A stretch of DNA of 56,176 nucleotides, counting the filler, from Sphacelaria rigidula (lineage: Eukaryota): NCBI GenBank assembly GCA_964200075.2. It is 7 parts of 7 records of this genome, joined end to end, with 100 filler letters (N's around TTAATTAATTAA, not from the genome) between each part and the next. Parts side by side here need not be neighbours in the genome. Positions count along the whole stretch, not along the records: positions 8,042 to 15,981 come from CAXNAA020012906.1; positions 16,082 to 24,020 come from CAXNAA020012907.1; positions 24,121 to 32,059 come from CAXNAA020012908.1; 4 more parts are not named here. One strand, 5' to 3'. Under the pieces are notes generated by a model that was given only the letters and a program-made list of their open reading frames with translations, was not told where the DNA came from and ran no database searches. Positions 12,901 to 27,552 of the stretch are shown here, piece after piece. Positions within the stretch are counted from its first letter, which is position 1. Each line of letters opens with the position of its first letter. The position numbers and the translations under genes are program-made.

Positions 12901-14296
12901 ATAGATGGCCCGCGGCATCCAGTACGCCAGCATGTTTATTTGGGGCTTCACGATTGGGTTCGTCCGCGGTTGGGAATTGGCGCTGGTCATGCTCGCCGTG
13001 GTGCCTCCTCTCGGAATAGCCGGCACTATCATGTTCAAAATGATATCTTCCCTGTCCACAGCGACCCAGAAGAATACGGCAGCAGCTGGCGGGGTTGCAG
13101 AGGTGGGCGAGGGTGTGTTGACGTATGAAGGGGAAGGGGGGGGGGGGGGGGGGGGGGAGGGGGGGGGGGTTTAGAAAAAGGGATTTGATTGCCGACGGGA
13201 AAACAAAAATAAAAAAAAGTGGGGGGTGATANNNNNNNNNNGGGGGGGTGGGGGGGGGAGGGGGGGGGGTTGGGTGTGATGAGCGGTGGATAAGGTGGCG
13301 GGGTTTAGAATAATGGTTTCGATGTCCGCTGTTGAACTCAAATTATATAGAATGGGGGTGTACTACGGCGTATAACACCGTCCGAATATAGTATTCACCC
13401 CGCTCCCATTTTGTAGCCTTGTGCTCGTCGCTGATGCTGTGTCCGACGGCAGCCGCAACAACTTGTACTCACACACACACACAAACAAACAAACAAACAA
13501 GTTGACCCCATGTCCTCTACCTTCATTGGTTGTGTGCGTGTTTTTTTTTTTTTGTGCGCTTCCGTCTATCGAGTGCAGGAGGTCATCTCGTCGATTCGCA
13601 CGGTGGCGGCCTTCACCGGCGAAGATAAGGAAATGAAGCGATACGAGGAGAAGCAGGACGAGGCTTTGGTTACCGCCGTCAAGGCTGGCATCGGGTACGT
13701 TGTGGAGGGTGACCAACAAAAATGGGCTAGCGTCTGTTCAGACAAGATTCGTGAACGCGCGCGCTGTGTTTTTTTCTTGTCTCTTGTATGTCCTTTGATA
13801 AGATATTTCGCGTCATGACAGTACGAGTTGCAGTGATAGATCCTGTCAGGGTAGCACCATGGTTAGCCGAATCTTTCACGGTACCTTCGTGAGAATACAG
13901 CATGAAAACATGGCGGAACCCCGCGCTCATCTAGAGCTCTAGGTACAACGACACTGATAAGGCAGTACCTTGGATGTATCGTACCATGATGTGTTCATGG
14001 GACTGTACCGCTGCTCTAATGGAGCTTTCATGGGCTGTCCCTCCCATCGTGGTGCCATAATAGAGGGGTGCCGCGATAGCCCATCCGCCACCAAAATGGC
14101 TTGTTTGAGGAGGCAAAATATACATGTGGACCACAATGACAAAGACCAAGCAACACCCAGCAGCTGGGAACTCCCGCACCTGGGATCCTTTTCACCAGTG
14201 TCGCCCATGTAACGGGCTCCATAAAGTCTGAAACCATCTACTCGTATCATGCGATGTATAGCGACTTTAGCCCTAACCGTTCGGGGGCACTCACAG

Positions 14297-14338
<42 letters not shown>

Positions 14339-15873
14339 GAGTATGACACTCACCACACGCCAATCACAATTTCATGGAAGTCATCACTGTTTTTTATTCG
14401 TTCAGGTTTGCCATGGCATACGGTGTGATGATGTTCATCATCTTCAGTTCCTATGGCTTGGGTATGTGGTACGGGGCGAAGGAAGTCGCCCGTGACATCC
14501 GACGGGAGTGCGTAGGCGAAGACTGTAAGACCGGAGGCGAGGTGCTGACGGTGTTTTGGGCAATCCTTCAAGGCGCTATGGTACGGCACAGTATACAGGA
14601 CGAAACCGTACGAGGTAGTACTTCCGTTGAATGATTTTTTGTGCTTTTTTGGGGAGGGGTCACGAACAAAAGTGCCGAAGATGATGAAATGGGTGAAACA
14701 AATGGAGCATCGCGGATTTCTTACGGAAACAGTTATGTGTGTCGACCCTTCCGCAACTGAGCCCCCAACGACGCTGTTAACCACGCCACTCACTGCGTAA
14801 GCTAAGCAACCAGGTTTCCGTTTTGTTCTCGCTTGCGTTATTTTTTTTGCGGTAACCATGATGGTGGTCGAGTTGGATCATACTATGCGGGGTGGAGAAC
14901 CTCAATTCCACGAAACGGGGATGATCGTACGAAGTGGCGTTGATATGGTGAGACATCTATCAGGCAGTGTGTAAGCAACTGCTGTCTCTAAAAGTGGCAA
15001 AACCAGAAAACGAAGCAACTCATTGTAGGCCGAGATCTATACGCAGGATAATTAGTATGCTTCGGGCCGAGCAATCGTAGTAGGGTGCAGCTCACCCTTC
15101 GTGCGACTCGCCGCACACATCACGGCGCTTCGCGCTTGATGGTCAATTGCGAGCCTGATCCGGCGACAATCCAGCGTGCTCCACCCGGGCTTTACAGGGG
15201 TACGAGGCCAGTGGTCTCATCACTTCGGCATGCAGAATCATTCGTGCCCCGCCCCCCCCTCCCCCCGCCACTCCGGACTCTCCTCGACCTCCTGCCCTGC
15301 AGTCCATCGGCCAGATGGGTCCTAATCTCCAGGCGGTAGCGGAGGCTCGTGGGGCGGCGGCGCACCTGCTCGCGGTGTGTCGTCGAAAGCCGGAGATAGA
15401 CGCCTCATCTGACGAGGGATTGGTTCCACGCCCCGGCTCCGTGCACGGCAAGGTTGAGCTCAGGTCCGTTGAATGCGTATGATACACACCTCTGCTGTTT
15501 TGTCACCCCCGAGCACTGTACTGCTATGGTATCGGACTTTTGGTTGGTGTCGCTATGGTCTACCGTGATAACGAAACAGTTTGTCAAGAGAGTCGCCGCC
15601 GGTCATGGTGATATCCATGCCGACGGATAATCTCAGGTCACTGCACTCAAGCACTACAGTTTTGCAGCAACAGCACAGACCCACGTCTTCGTGCGTCTCG
15701 AAACTGCCTCCCCCGTCTCTTTGAGTGTCGAACTATCCGCCTACCTGTTTGCCTCCGCGACCGCTGCTGCCGTCTTTTTCAGGGGTGTTCGATTCGCCTA
15801 CCCTTCGCGGCCTAATGAAGACGTGTTCAAAGACTTCAATCTGAAGGTCGAGCCCGGCACTACGGTCGCAATT
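9946..15873 (+). CDS. ABCB1: ABCB/MDR1 (P-glycoprotein-like) ABC exporter, partial: TMD1 and start of NBD1
   Basis: Nine AG/GT-bounded, phase-compatible exons: 9946-10071, 10590-10688, 11860-11915, 12537-12618, 12905-13102, 13579-13694, 14406-14580, 15303-15463, 15783-15873. Spliced product contains GVVMPIFSIIFGDILDAF, AAERQIRRMRLSYLRAALRQEIGWFD, GELSTRIKGD, GWELALVMLAVVP, AEEVISSIRTVAAF, YGLGMWYG, VRFAYPSRP...FNLKVEPGTTVAI. Walker A onward lies beyond the contig end and the first exon was not identified; exact paralogue uncertain. Confidence 0.93.
14299..14336. repeat. (CA)n microsatellite in ABCB intron
   Basis: cacacaca... run of about 19 units. Confidence 0.9.
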
Positions 15874-15981
15874 GTGAGTTTCCATAGTTTTTTTATCGGG
15901 AGAGAGGGAGCGGGGGGGTGTACTCATGATCATGCATGCCATAGTCATAGGACAATTGACCTCGCACCCCTACAATGCCGG

Positions 15982-16081
15982 NNNNNNNNNNNNNNNNNNN
16001 NNNNNNNNNNNNNNNNNNNNNNNNNTTAATTAATTAANNNNNNNNNNNNNNNNNNNNNNNNNNNNNNNNNNNNNNNNNNNN
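15982..16081. other. Artificial contig linker
   Basis: N44-TTAATTAATTAA-N44. Confidence 0.97.
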
Positions 16082-17560
16082 CCATGCTGGCTTTGTAGGG
16101 ATGCGAGGTCAATGGTCTAATGACTATGGCATGCATGATCATCGGAGTACACCCCCCCCCCTGTGCTATGCAGAGCTCGGTTGGGCAATTTTCGTCGTTG
16201 GGTATTTTCATGAAGTTTCTGTTATATTATCCTCCTCAGCCTCAGCACTCGAAAGTCCCAGCGTCTATGGGTATTGGGAAGCGAAGCAGGTCGTGCTCGC
16301 GACACCATCCCCAATTGGTGTTGTCGGGGTAATACGGAGTAAGTACCTCTTCTCTTTGGGTGTGTTATCGATAGTGCGATAGTCTAGTGCAACGTATAGG
16401 TAGTCATGAAAAAAAGTCTACATTTGTTCACGATAACGATCGGGATTTTTTCAATCGAGAAAAACGACTCAAGGGTCAGAACCTGGGGCTAGGTAGTCGC
16501 AGGACCCCCGAGGACCTGTCAGCCCGTGATTCGTTCAATATTGAATTCAGAGATGAAAATGTTTCGGAATGTGAAGCGGATGCCTAGTATCGCCCCACCC
16601 CCAATCCTTGGAATCGAACGTTCACTGGGATGAGCGGTGGCACGCGAAAAAAGTATTGAAAATCGCCAACTACCAAAATATTACAAAACTCCCCCGATCC
16701 AGCTGGAAGCTACGATGAGGTTTGATGATGACATTGGGTACAAATTGTGTCGGGAATTCGCATTTTAGAAATTCAGAATGTTGAAGGCCCCTGTTTGGCC
16801 GAGAAACATTCTCACTACAAGCGCCACGGCAAAGGACGCGAGAAAAAACTTGGCTACGTCACACTGTTGGCTTGCTCGTGGAGGTCACTATGGTGCCAAA
16901 TATGCTTCTATCGGGTCTGTTCACGGGTCAGTTTTGCGGTCTGTATTTAGTTGGGAAACTATTATGGGCGTTCACCCTGAATCAGCCTGCACACAGATTT
17001 CGCACGTTGTCCAACAACTATTATTACAGCAATACGAAAGCTTCTGCAAGCCGCTCATCAAGTATAGGAGTCCTCCAACTCAAACAAGCAACTGATTCGG
17101 TGAGCTGTTCTCTTTCTACAACCCCCGTCATACGGGGCGGCACACTCTTCAGGAACCTCCAAAAGACAGCTGCCTCACTGGTGTTTTTTTATCACCACAT
17201 CAGTGCGACCTTTCTAACCGACGGTCAACTAGTGCCAATGTTTCGCATACAGTGTAAATTCTTGCTCCGACCTCAGGAGCATACTTTCACGACGCCACTC
17301 GACTTATTTTTCGGAAATCTGACGAAGTCTGGCAGCCAAATAACATGGATTTAGAGGACTTTCCCTCCCTCCGTCTCCTTCCTCGGCCAAATTTGGGCTT
17401 ACAGCATTTTTTCTAGATGTGTTACCGGAACTGAGGCTACGTCATCCATTGCCCTCACGAAACCTTCCGCCATTATATACTTAGCTGAGTCGAGGATGTG
17501 TCGAAGGCTGCGTGAGGCAGACCGGAGGTTTCTATTTCGGTGAACCACAACTCCAGGTAT

Positions 17561-17861
17561 GTTGTGTGTGTTGTCATCCCATCTATTCTAGACGCCGGTC
17601 TACACCTTTGGGTATATGTAGACGCATCAGCCGGGGTCACACAGGAGGAAGGTCAACACAAATTTTGTTTCTTTTTCGTCTGTTTTTAGTACTCCACCGC
17701 CCTTCTGCGGTGCTTGCTCTTGTTTTTTATCGCGAGAGGAGTTCAGCAGTCCCTTCCCCTCGTCGGCCCCTGTGTACCCACGACATAGTCGCTCTCCACT
17801 GTTGGGCACTGTGTGAGAAAAAATCCCAGATCGCTCCGAGATTGAAACCCATACCTGAACG
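17561..17861 (-). mobile_element. SINE copy, nearly full length, with degenerate B-box end
   Basis: Reverse complement of tail (gtgtgttgtcatcccatctattctagacgcc), body, and aaaatcccagatcg...gagattgaaaccc. Confidence 0.82.
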
Positions 17862-19199
17862 TTTTGGGTAAAACACAGGTATTATAGACTACGAGTTGGG
17901 CCAGCGGACAGTGATTTGCGAATGTATCCGGGCCGGCCGGTGGGTAATCCGAAGCGTTGAGCGCTGAAATTTTGACACAAAACCTTTATCATCAATACGC
18001 ACAACCTTCCCGGGGATGCCAAGAAGAAACTACAATTTAGGGCGATTTGAAGTTTCTGCAGAAACCAGAAATATTCTGTAACTCCGTGAAAATAAAGAAA
18101 TACGGGGCACCCCTAGAGTAGGTTTGCGTCCTTGTGTGGAGGAGATCCTGGTGCAATTTCGGCCAAACATTCCAGAAATTTGGCGCAGCATCCAACTTTT
18201 CGTGTGGCACAGCTACGCTGCTTCAATCCTAGTGATGCAGTTGACTCCAGCTATGGAGGTCACGAGTTCGAATCCCGACTTATCCCTTTTTTTTTGTTCC
18301 ATCGGTTAGGTAATACATTATGCGACACATTTTTTTTTCTTTTCATTCAGCGTCGGTCCCGTGCGTTACCTCATTGGTCTGCAGGTCACACCGATATGCT
18401 CAAGTCGGGCTGATTTGGTAAACTTGATAAGTAATGGTGTGACATGCAAATTCGGAATTTACTGCTGGCCAAGCTCGTACGGCGATACAAACGCCTGGTT
18501 TCACGGCCATGCAATGAGCCGAAATAGGTGCATACCTGGCGTTGGCGAGAAAGACCACAGGTTTACAGGTGTATAGCTGTACCTGACTATGTCGTCTTTC
18601 CTCCGGAACCTGTTCCTGAAGGTCCTCCGGCACCTGATCCTCGTGGGACTTGTATTGTACCTTCTTGTGACGGTTTCCAACCACCTCAAAGTCCCTATTT
18701 TCGCTTTCCCCCCCCGGTACACTCGTCTAGAACAAGTACCACATACTTTGAAGTACAGGTGTTCTGAGCTTGGAACGAAGTCCGACTGTTGCATGCGGTA
18801 GTTCGGCTACCGATTTTGCCCTCGACGGACGACCCGGGCACGAACAAACAGAATCGGGCGCAATTAGTGGCAATCAGCAAGAGTTAGGCACGCCAAAGTC
18901 AGCCGCCTGAATGAGTCAGTCGTGCACGCAAAAAGCCTACAACTGACGGTAATCCATCGTGGAGAGAGAGGCAGCTACAAACGGTAAAATGGCACTGCTA
19001 GTTTCGTTGACTGCAAGTGCATCAAATGCATGGCCACATGTTAGGCGCTGCGCACACACGGAAAACCGGTGTTCGTGCACCGTACGGTGCTATCCGCACT
19101 GTCGGGTGTGTCATCCGTTGGGTCATCTAGCCCCCCCCCTTCCCCCCCCCCTCACTCCCCCAAATCTGTTTTGTTCTGAGCTAGGTGATGGCAGTTTTT

Positions 19200-19533
19200 C
19201 AAGGGCAGGTCACGTAGGGTACACCCAATACTCGGTTTTTGAAAAGTCGTACTCTCAATACCCAAACATTTGGGTAGAATATTGAAATTGTACCCAAACT
19301 ACCCAAAATTTGGGTAGAGTATTTGAGATCGTACCCAACATACCCAAATTTTGGGTAGTATTGAGGTCATACCCAGGTGATACTCTATACCCAGGAATTG
19401 CTGAGAGGGCTTCCCCAATATTTGGGGAGAATATTTGAGGTCGTACACACTCTACCCAAAAATTGGGTAGAGTAAATATCCGGGTATTTTACCCGAGTAT
19501 TCAGAAGTACATACCCTACCCGACGTGCCCTTG
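19200..19533. mobile_element. hAT-like MITE (334 bp)
   Basis: TIRs CAAGGGCAGGTCACGTAGGGTA / TACCCTACCCGACGTGCCCTTG; 8-bp TSD cagttttt (19192-19199) versus cagttatt (19534-19541); internal TACCCAAA-x-TTTGGGTA palindromes. Confidence 0.87.
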
Positions 19534-20495
19534 CAGTTATTATATAATAGTTGTGACCAACACCATACACGAGAGTACCATAGTGGAGTTATTTCTTCTG
19601 TAGTCACGGGAATCGGTTGTAAGTGGCTTCATTTCGAGACAAGACACCAACAGTATGTGGCAGTTCTGTCGGACTAGTGTCTCTTGTAGAAAGAGCTCCA
19701 GAGTCTACGACCATAGTGTCTTACAATTTCCGGAACCTAGTGGGAATGTGACGTTGCAGCTCCGCGAAGTCCGCCCCAATCGATGGATCTATTCATTCAC
19801 TCATCTCCTCGGGATCCAGCCCTACCGTGCTCACATCATGAATGCGCCCGAGATTAAACGAGATGGAAGCACTCGCTGAATAACAGCAAATGAAACAGAA
19901 AGGTGAAATAGATGAGATGAGACCGAGAAAGCATTTACAATTTCCGCCAGGTTCAGGCAACAGTAGGACCTCCAGGTATAGGTTTCGGAGAAGAGACGGT
20001 ACACGAAGGCAGATCTGAACTCGTTCTCGCCAAGGCTAGATATGGTAGGTGTTGGCCGTAAGTCCAGGCGTTCGTATCGCGGTGCAGCCTATTATGCATG
20101 TGTGTGGCCTAAAAAGGTCCAAGTGTACCTGGATGTATCGATCGCCCTTTTCGCGTCGTCCAAGTGCTCCTTACCGCAGTCGTTTTTTCTCAGCAACTCT
20201 CAGCGCAGTCGCTGTCGTTGTTTCTCGTAGCCCGAGCAGGGAGAGATGCCCGAGGATGGGACGCTATTTCTGTTCGATGATGCCTCATTTTTTGCTCCAA
20301 TATGTCACGGACAGCAGACCTTGACTAGTAGCCTCACGAAAACAGAAGCCTTCGTGCGATATCAACTATAGGTTCTTTTATAAAGCAAGAGAAGTCCGAT
20401 GTTCGTGGGCGATGTGATGACCGTGGCTATGACCATCTATCCTACGTAACCTGACCGATGCGCATACCCTTGCTTCTGTCGACGCTGGAAACTAA

Positions 20496-22186
<1,691 letters not shown>

Positions 22187-24020
22187 GTAAGCCGGTATGT
22201 TAAAAGCGCGAGGGAGGGAATGGTCGGGGCGTACTCATTGTTGCCTTAATCATTCAACCATTGATCACGAATTCCCTCGAGACGGAGCATTGTGTCTACT
22301 CGTAATAAAGACATCTCCAACCTTTGATGGCTTATCACGTTTCTTCCATACGTTACACACTTTCTATTTCGCCGTCTGTGGTCACCATCGATCTCCTAGT
22401 ATAGCGATCATTTTCTCACTTTCGTCCAATGTACCGAACGAGTTTATGTCACCTTCGTTTAGTTCCTACATTCCCCCCTCTAACACGTGCCATTCCTACC
22501 TGTACATTTCACATCCTCCCACTGTACTAGCGGTTGTTTCCCCCTCTTTTCTATTTTCTAGTTTACTTTTGTCTTGCATACCCCACATTCACCGATGGAT
22601 AGGGGGGGGGGGGGGTTATCTTAAGGTCTTGCCGGTATCTATTTTTGGCGTTGTAGCTCTTCATATTGAAGCCAAAACGATCGTTAATGTACATGAGGGG
22701 CACGAGTGGCGATGCACCCTCCGTATCTTCACGAGGGGTTGGGGTTGCCGAGTAGCAGACGCAGGCGCGTTCTTCTACAAATGGTGTAAAAATGGAATTC
22801 CTATCTCTAGCCCATCTCTAGCCTCAGTATACGAGCTGGGTCAGCCAACAGTGGGTAGTTTTCTCGCTCAGGCGACGCACGGCGTAAAATTAGGAGATCG
22901 ACGCTGAAATTGTGACAGCAGCTTATTATGATTGACATGCAGAGTATCACGAGAGCAGCAGAGAAAGAAAAAAAAGAGAGTTGTGAGGATTTGAAATTTC
23001 AGCAAAAATAAGATAATGTCATGAGTCCAAGAAAAAAATAAGAATCTGCAGCTGCTCCCGCAGTGTATCATTTCCTTGGGTGCAGAAGGTCTTCGTGAAA
23101 TTTCAGCTCAAGTCATCAAATCGGGCCATGCGTGCAACGTTTTGCGTGACGCTGCCCCACCCCACATATACCCAGTGCGGGGTGATTGCTGACGTGAACC
23201 CACCGCATTAAAAAAAAAACGCACTCCGGTACTCTATCGCCCAACTATATCAGCGCACCCCGTACTCTATGCAGTACAAAACGTTATCGGTAATACGACG
23301 CCAATTGGACAGCGACACACTCGTTTGTCATCAGGTGGGTCTGCAGTTCACAGTGATACGCTCACGTCGGGTTCATTCGGAAAACTGGGAAATCTGTGGT
23401 GTGGGCGACTTTTAGCCGCTTTTAGGCTAACCCAGCTCGTAGAAACGTGAGGATCACTTTCAGCATTTGTACGATTCTATTCGTGCAGAGACTACAACCC
23501 CTGACCCGAGATCATCATTGGCTCGAAATTATTATATGACGAGAACATCGTGAAGAGTGAAGAGAAGTGGCAGTAGGTCGGTTCAGAATCCAACACTAAA
23601 AATACAACACAAGTCTGGATTTTGGCAAATAACCTTGGTCAGGAGCAAAGAAGAAACGCGTGGACAGTGTCGACATAGTACACAGGCATCATGTGCACAC
23701 AAAATCACATGTTGAACGTCTGCTCATCCTTGCTGTGATCATGCTCCACGATCAATACGGGCGTTTATGGGAATATTGTTACAGACAGTTGGGGTAGGCG
23801 GCCTCTGACTTGTCCGTGCACTAGTTCGTTTTTACCATTGTCTCAAATACGCAGGTTACCATGATCGCTGTACACACGCTGTGGACGCATCTTCAAGTGT
23901 CGGGGGATGAACATAGAATTTAGCTACTTCAAACAAATGTGCGGCATTTTCATTCATGTATGCGTTGACTTTTTTTTTTCCCTCACACTTTGAACCCCTC
24001 TCCTTCCTCGGGATGAGCCC

Positions 24021-24120
24021 NNNNNNNNNNNNNNNNNNNNNNNNNNNNNNNNNNNNNNNNNNNNTTAATTAATTAANNNNNNNNNNNNNNNNNNNNNNNN
24101 NNNNNNNNNNNNNNNNNNNN
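24021..24120. other. Artificial contig linker
   Basis: N44-TTAATTAATTAA-N44. Confidence 0.97.
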
Positions 24121-24389
24121 CATACCACCAATATACCCATAACCCAAACAGCCCGCAGAAGAAGGCAAGAAACAAACATTTACACGAAATATACCGTCTG
24201 AAATTCGTCTTTTTACAGAAGTATAGAAAATTTTGGTTTATACCCCTCCGAACCATACCGGATTTTTTAGAAACAAGGTTCGATACCATGCTGGATCATG
24301 CCAGAATGTACGGTACACATTTCGCTATGATTTAGTGTGCCAAACAAAAGTTCCTCACTTCCAGGTATACCCTACAGAACACAACCTTG
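24121..24389. mobile_element. One end of a CAAGG-terminated (hAT-like) MITE cut by the contig start
   Basis: Ends gtataccctacagaacacaaccttg (reverse complement CAAGGTTGTGTTCTGTAGGGTA), resembling the terminus of the 19200 element. Confidence 0.5.
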
Positions 24390-25607
24390 GACACATGTCC
24401 ATTTCCACCCGTTGGACGCCACATGCCACGCATTTGGCTCTAAACTTAACCATTGGAGGAACATAGAACAACATTTGCTTTTAGTCTTTTTATTAACAAT
24501 TTGACTGACCAGGGGTGGTCATCTGTTGGATCGGGGTCATTTTCACGAGTGAAGAATGATTCTTGAGGCCTATATAACCCACACTGGCGGTGAAGAGGAT
24601 AACCCTCTGACTGAGAAAGGTTTTTGGGGTCCTTGCCGGAGGAGATTCCATACATTGAAACCAAGGCACAAACGATTGCGTTTTGCATGTACTTCCGTGG
24701 AGTCACTGGAACATGGTTGGTATACTGGGCGATGCAAGAGTTGAAGAATTTGATATGAGTCAGCAGCTTGGGAGTAGGGGATACCATACGTAATTTTGTC
24801 ATGAAGGGGTGATTGGTGCCGATACGAACGGAGAGGAGCTGAAGGTCAGTAGGTGATACTGTTCCAAAATGAAATGTGGCGCCCAAGGGGTTATGTGCTG
24901 TCCAACCAAAAGGGATGCTACCGTTGGGGTGCACAAACATTTTCTCAGGTTAGAATTGTTAGGAGCCCTTTATCTCATCCAAAATTCGACTTATGGATGT
25001 GAGAGTACGCCAGGACTACTATTCCAATGTGCTAGGGATGTCCCGAATGAATTTGCAAACGGGGGTGCCTTGAGCCATATTCTTGTGCATCTAGAATCAT
25101 CAGGAGCCCCTGAACCAGACAAGGTTTCGCGCAAAAAGTGCAACCCTACCGTAGCATTGCTCCCAAGCTTTTACGACACTTCTTTTTTAATCTGCACGGC
25201 TTTTTTTGGTGAAGCCATGCATTCAGAGGCTCTCCCCATTTATTGTACGTTTTTGAATGTTTATACCTTCGTTCATTGATATTTATCCCTTTTGCCATCA
25301 TTTTTACCATCTTTGTCGGAACCGGCTATTCGCGTCCTTATGCTCCTGTCGTTCCCTTTTTCTGATTGGTTGATTGTCGCACTTTAACTGATCCCGTAAG
25401 GATCCAGCCGTGGTCACATGATGGACGTACACGAGATAAAGACAAATCGGGAGCACTCGCTGAAGAAAGGTGGAGAAAACAGATAGGGTGGACCTGACCG
25501 AGTGGTCATTCCCTCCTACCTTCCTTGCGATCCTTCCCGTACACGCATATGGTTATATATATATATAAGATATTTAGGGCGAACAAGTGCGCAACGATTA
25601 TCGTGAG

Positions 25608-27400
25608 GAGGCGTCCACGCGATTTATGCTGAAATGAGTGTGCAGATCCCGCCGCACCCGCGTCGGGGGATGACTGTTTGGGCTAACGCCAATGCTAGGG
25701 GTCCATTGCGCGGATTCGTGCAACAGTTTATGCGGGTGTGCACTTGCGTTCGCGACCGCTCGAACGAACGCTTCATCACTTCGATGTGCGCTGACGATAT
25801 CAATGGGTTACGGTGGCAACGAAGCACGTGGGCAAAACACGCTGACGATGAACGTCCGTAAAAACTCTTGATCCGAGGCCAAAGTCTATTACCTTGAGTA
25901 CTTGAGTCCTGCACTTGAGACATTAACTCCTTCCCCAGCGCCCCCAATTTTAGTTAAAGTCCACTTGATCACAACGTGGCACTCACGCCGTGTACGCCTT
26001 CATCACCAATGAAATAGAGCGGGTGTCCGCGTGAGGGGGCGGGCCCTGTGATGGTTTGAACAAAACAAAGCTGAGTACAGTAGAAAAATGCGGGCAGAAC
26101 ACGTTTTGTGTCCCTCTTTGGTGGTGCAATGTGTTGAGGTGAGCTTGAACCTGGGCAGATCCACTTTGTTTTCTGTCGGGTGATGTCGTATATCAGCCAC
26201 ATGACGGAAACATTAGAAATGGTGTACGCCGGCGGGGACACGGACGGAAACATGTGACCACCACCCACACTACTGTGTGCTTGAGGTTCTTCAATATGTG
26301 ATGAATTTGGCTGAGCAGATACGCACTGATATGCTGCCCGCGCGTCCCTGCGAAAAATTGGAAAATTCGTAATGCTAGGGGTCCAATACGCGGATTCGTT
26401 GCGCGCGGTACTGCCCGCGCCCTCGCTGAACCGCTCGCTTCATTATTTCGATGTCCGCTGACCATACCAATATACCAATGGGTATCGACGGCGATGAAAC
26501 ACGAGGAAGAAATACGCTGACGATGAACATCCGTGAAGGGTATCGATCCGAAGGCAAACTCTATTAGCTGCAGTACTTGAGTCCTGCACTCGAGACATGA
26601 ACTTCTTTCCCCGCGCCCCATATTTTTCTTCCAAGTTTAGTAATAACCCTCTACTCAGCCTCCGCATCAACATGAAAACATTTACTACTACAAAACACGA
26701 GAGCTTGGCTGTCAAGAACGCGTCAGGCGTGACCCGCTAGAAAAGGGACCGCTGCCGGCCGAAGGCCGGGAAGGGACCCTGTAGCATTTAGCATTTATAT
26801 AGAATATTTCGAACTCACGAGCATGAAGCATACTTTGTGACGAGGCGTCCACGATATATATTGCTGTTTTTATTGTGCAACTTCCTCCGCACCCGCCTCG
26901 GGAGATGACTGTTCGGGCCGACGCCAATGCTAGGGGCCCGGTTGGCGGATTCGTACTCTACCTTGTGCGGAGGTACACAACCGGTCGAACGAACGCGCGA
27001 TCTCGGTGGTCCTGCAATGTTCCCGGCAGGCATGGACATGTCGAAAGAGAATCCATTCTCACGAGGGCTTGGCAGGGCAAGAACACCGAGACCCTCGAAA
27101 AGACGGACGGGGCCGGGGCGCAGCCCCGGGTCTCGTGCGGCTTGTATATATATAATGTATTCGGGCATCACGAGCGCGCAGCATACTCCGCAGGGAGGCG
27201 TCCACGGCGTTTATACTGATTTTTGTGTCCAATTTCCTCCGTGCCCGCCCAGGGAGATGACTGTTAGGGCGAACGCCAATGCTAGGTGCCCAGTCCGCGT
27301 ATTTCGTGCTACATTTAGTGTGGGTGTGATCGGAATGTTCGTACGCTCGCCTTCGCGACCCTTCGAACAAGCGTGATCGCGGTGGTTGATCCTGCAATAT
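25608..27400. repeat. Four diverged local copies of a repeat module
   Basis: gaggcgtccac...ccgcacccg...gatgactgtt...acgccaatgctagggg at 25608, 26842 and 27195; partial copy from 26371. Confidence 0.8.
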
Positions 27401-27552
27401 TTAGGCGGGCGTTCATGACTGCACGCAGTCGTCGCGATGTTGTTGAGCAGAGGCTCGCTCAACCACACCGGCGTGCGGTCGGCATGGGAGCCGGTTCTGC
27501 GCGCGGTCACATGTGCGCATCGCTGTCTCAAACTTGAGGATTCCGGTATATC

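Noticed and set aside
15910-16170. Inverted repeat pair spanning the gap as the two TIRs of one element
   Set aside because: The halves are on separate contigs that both broke in the same abundant repeat, and no ABCB continuation follows
19951-20044. Candidate upstream TGS1 exon (VQATVGPPG...ELVLAKARY) that would supply the first Tudor strand
   Set aside because: Its donor is phase 1 while the 20514 acceptor needs phase 0; cannot be joined without an unseen exon
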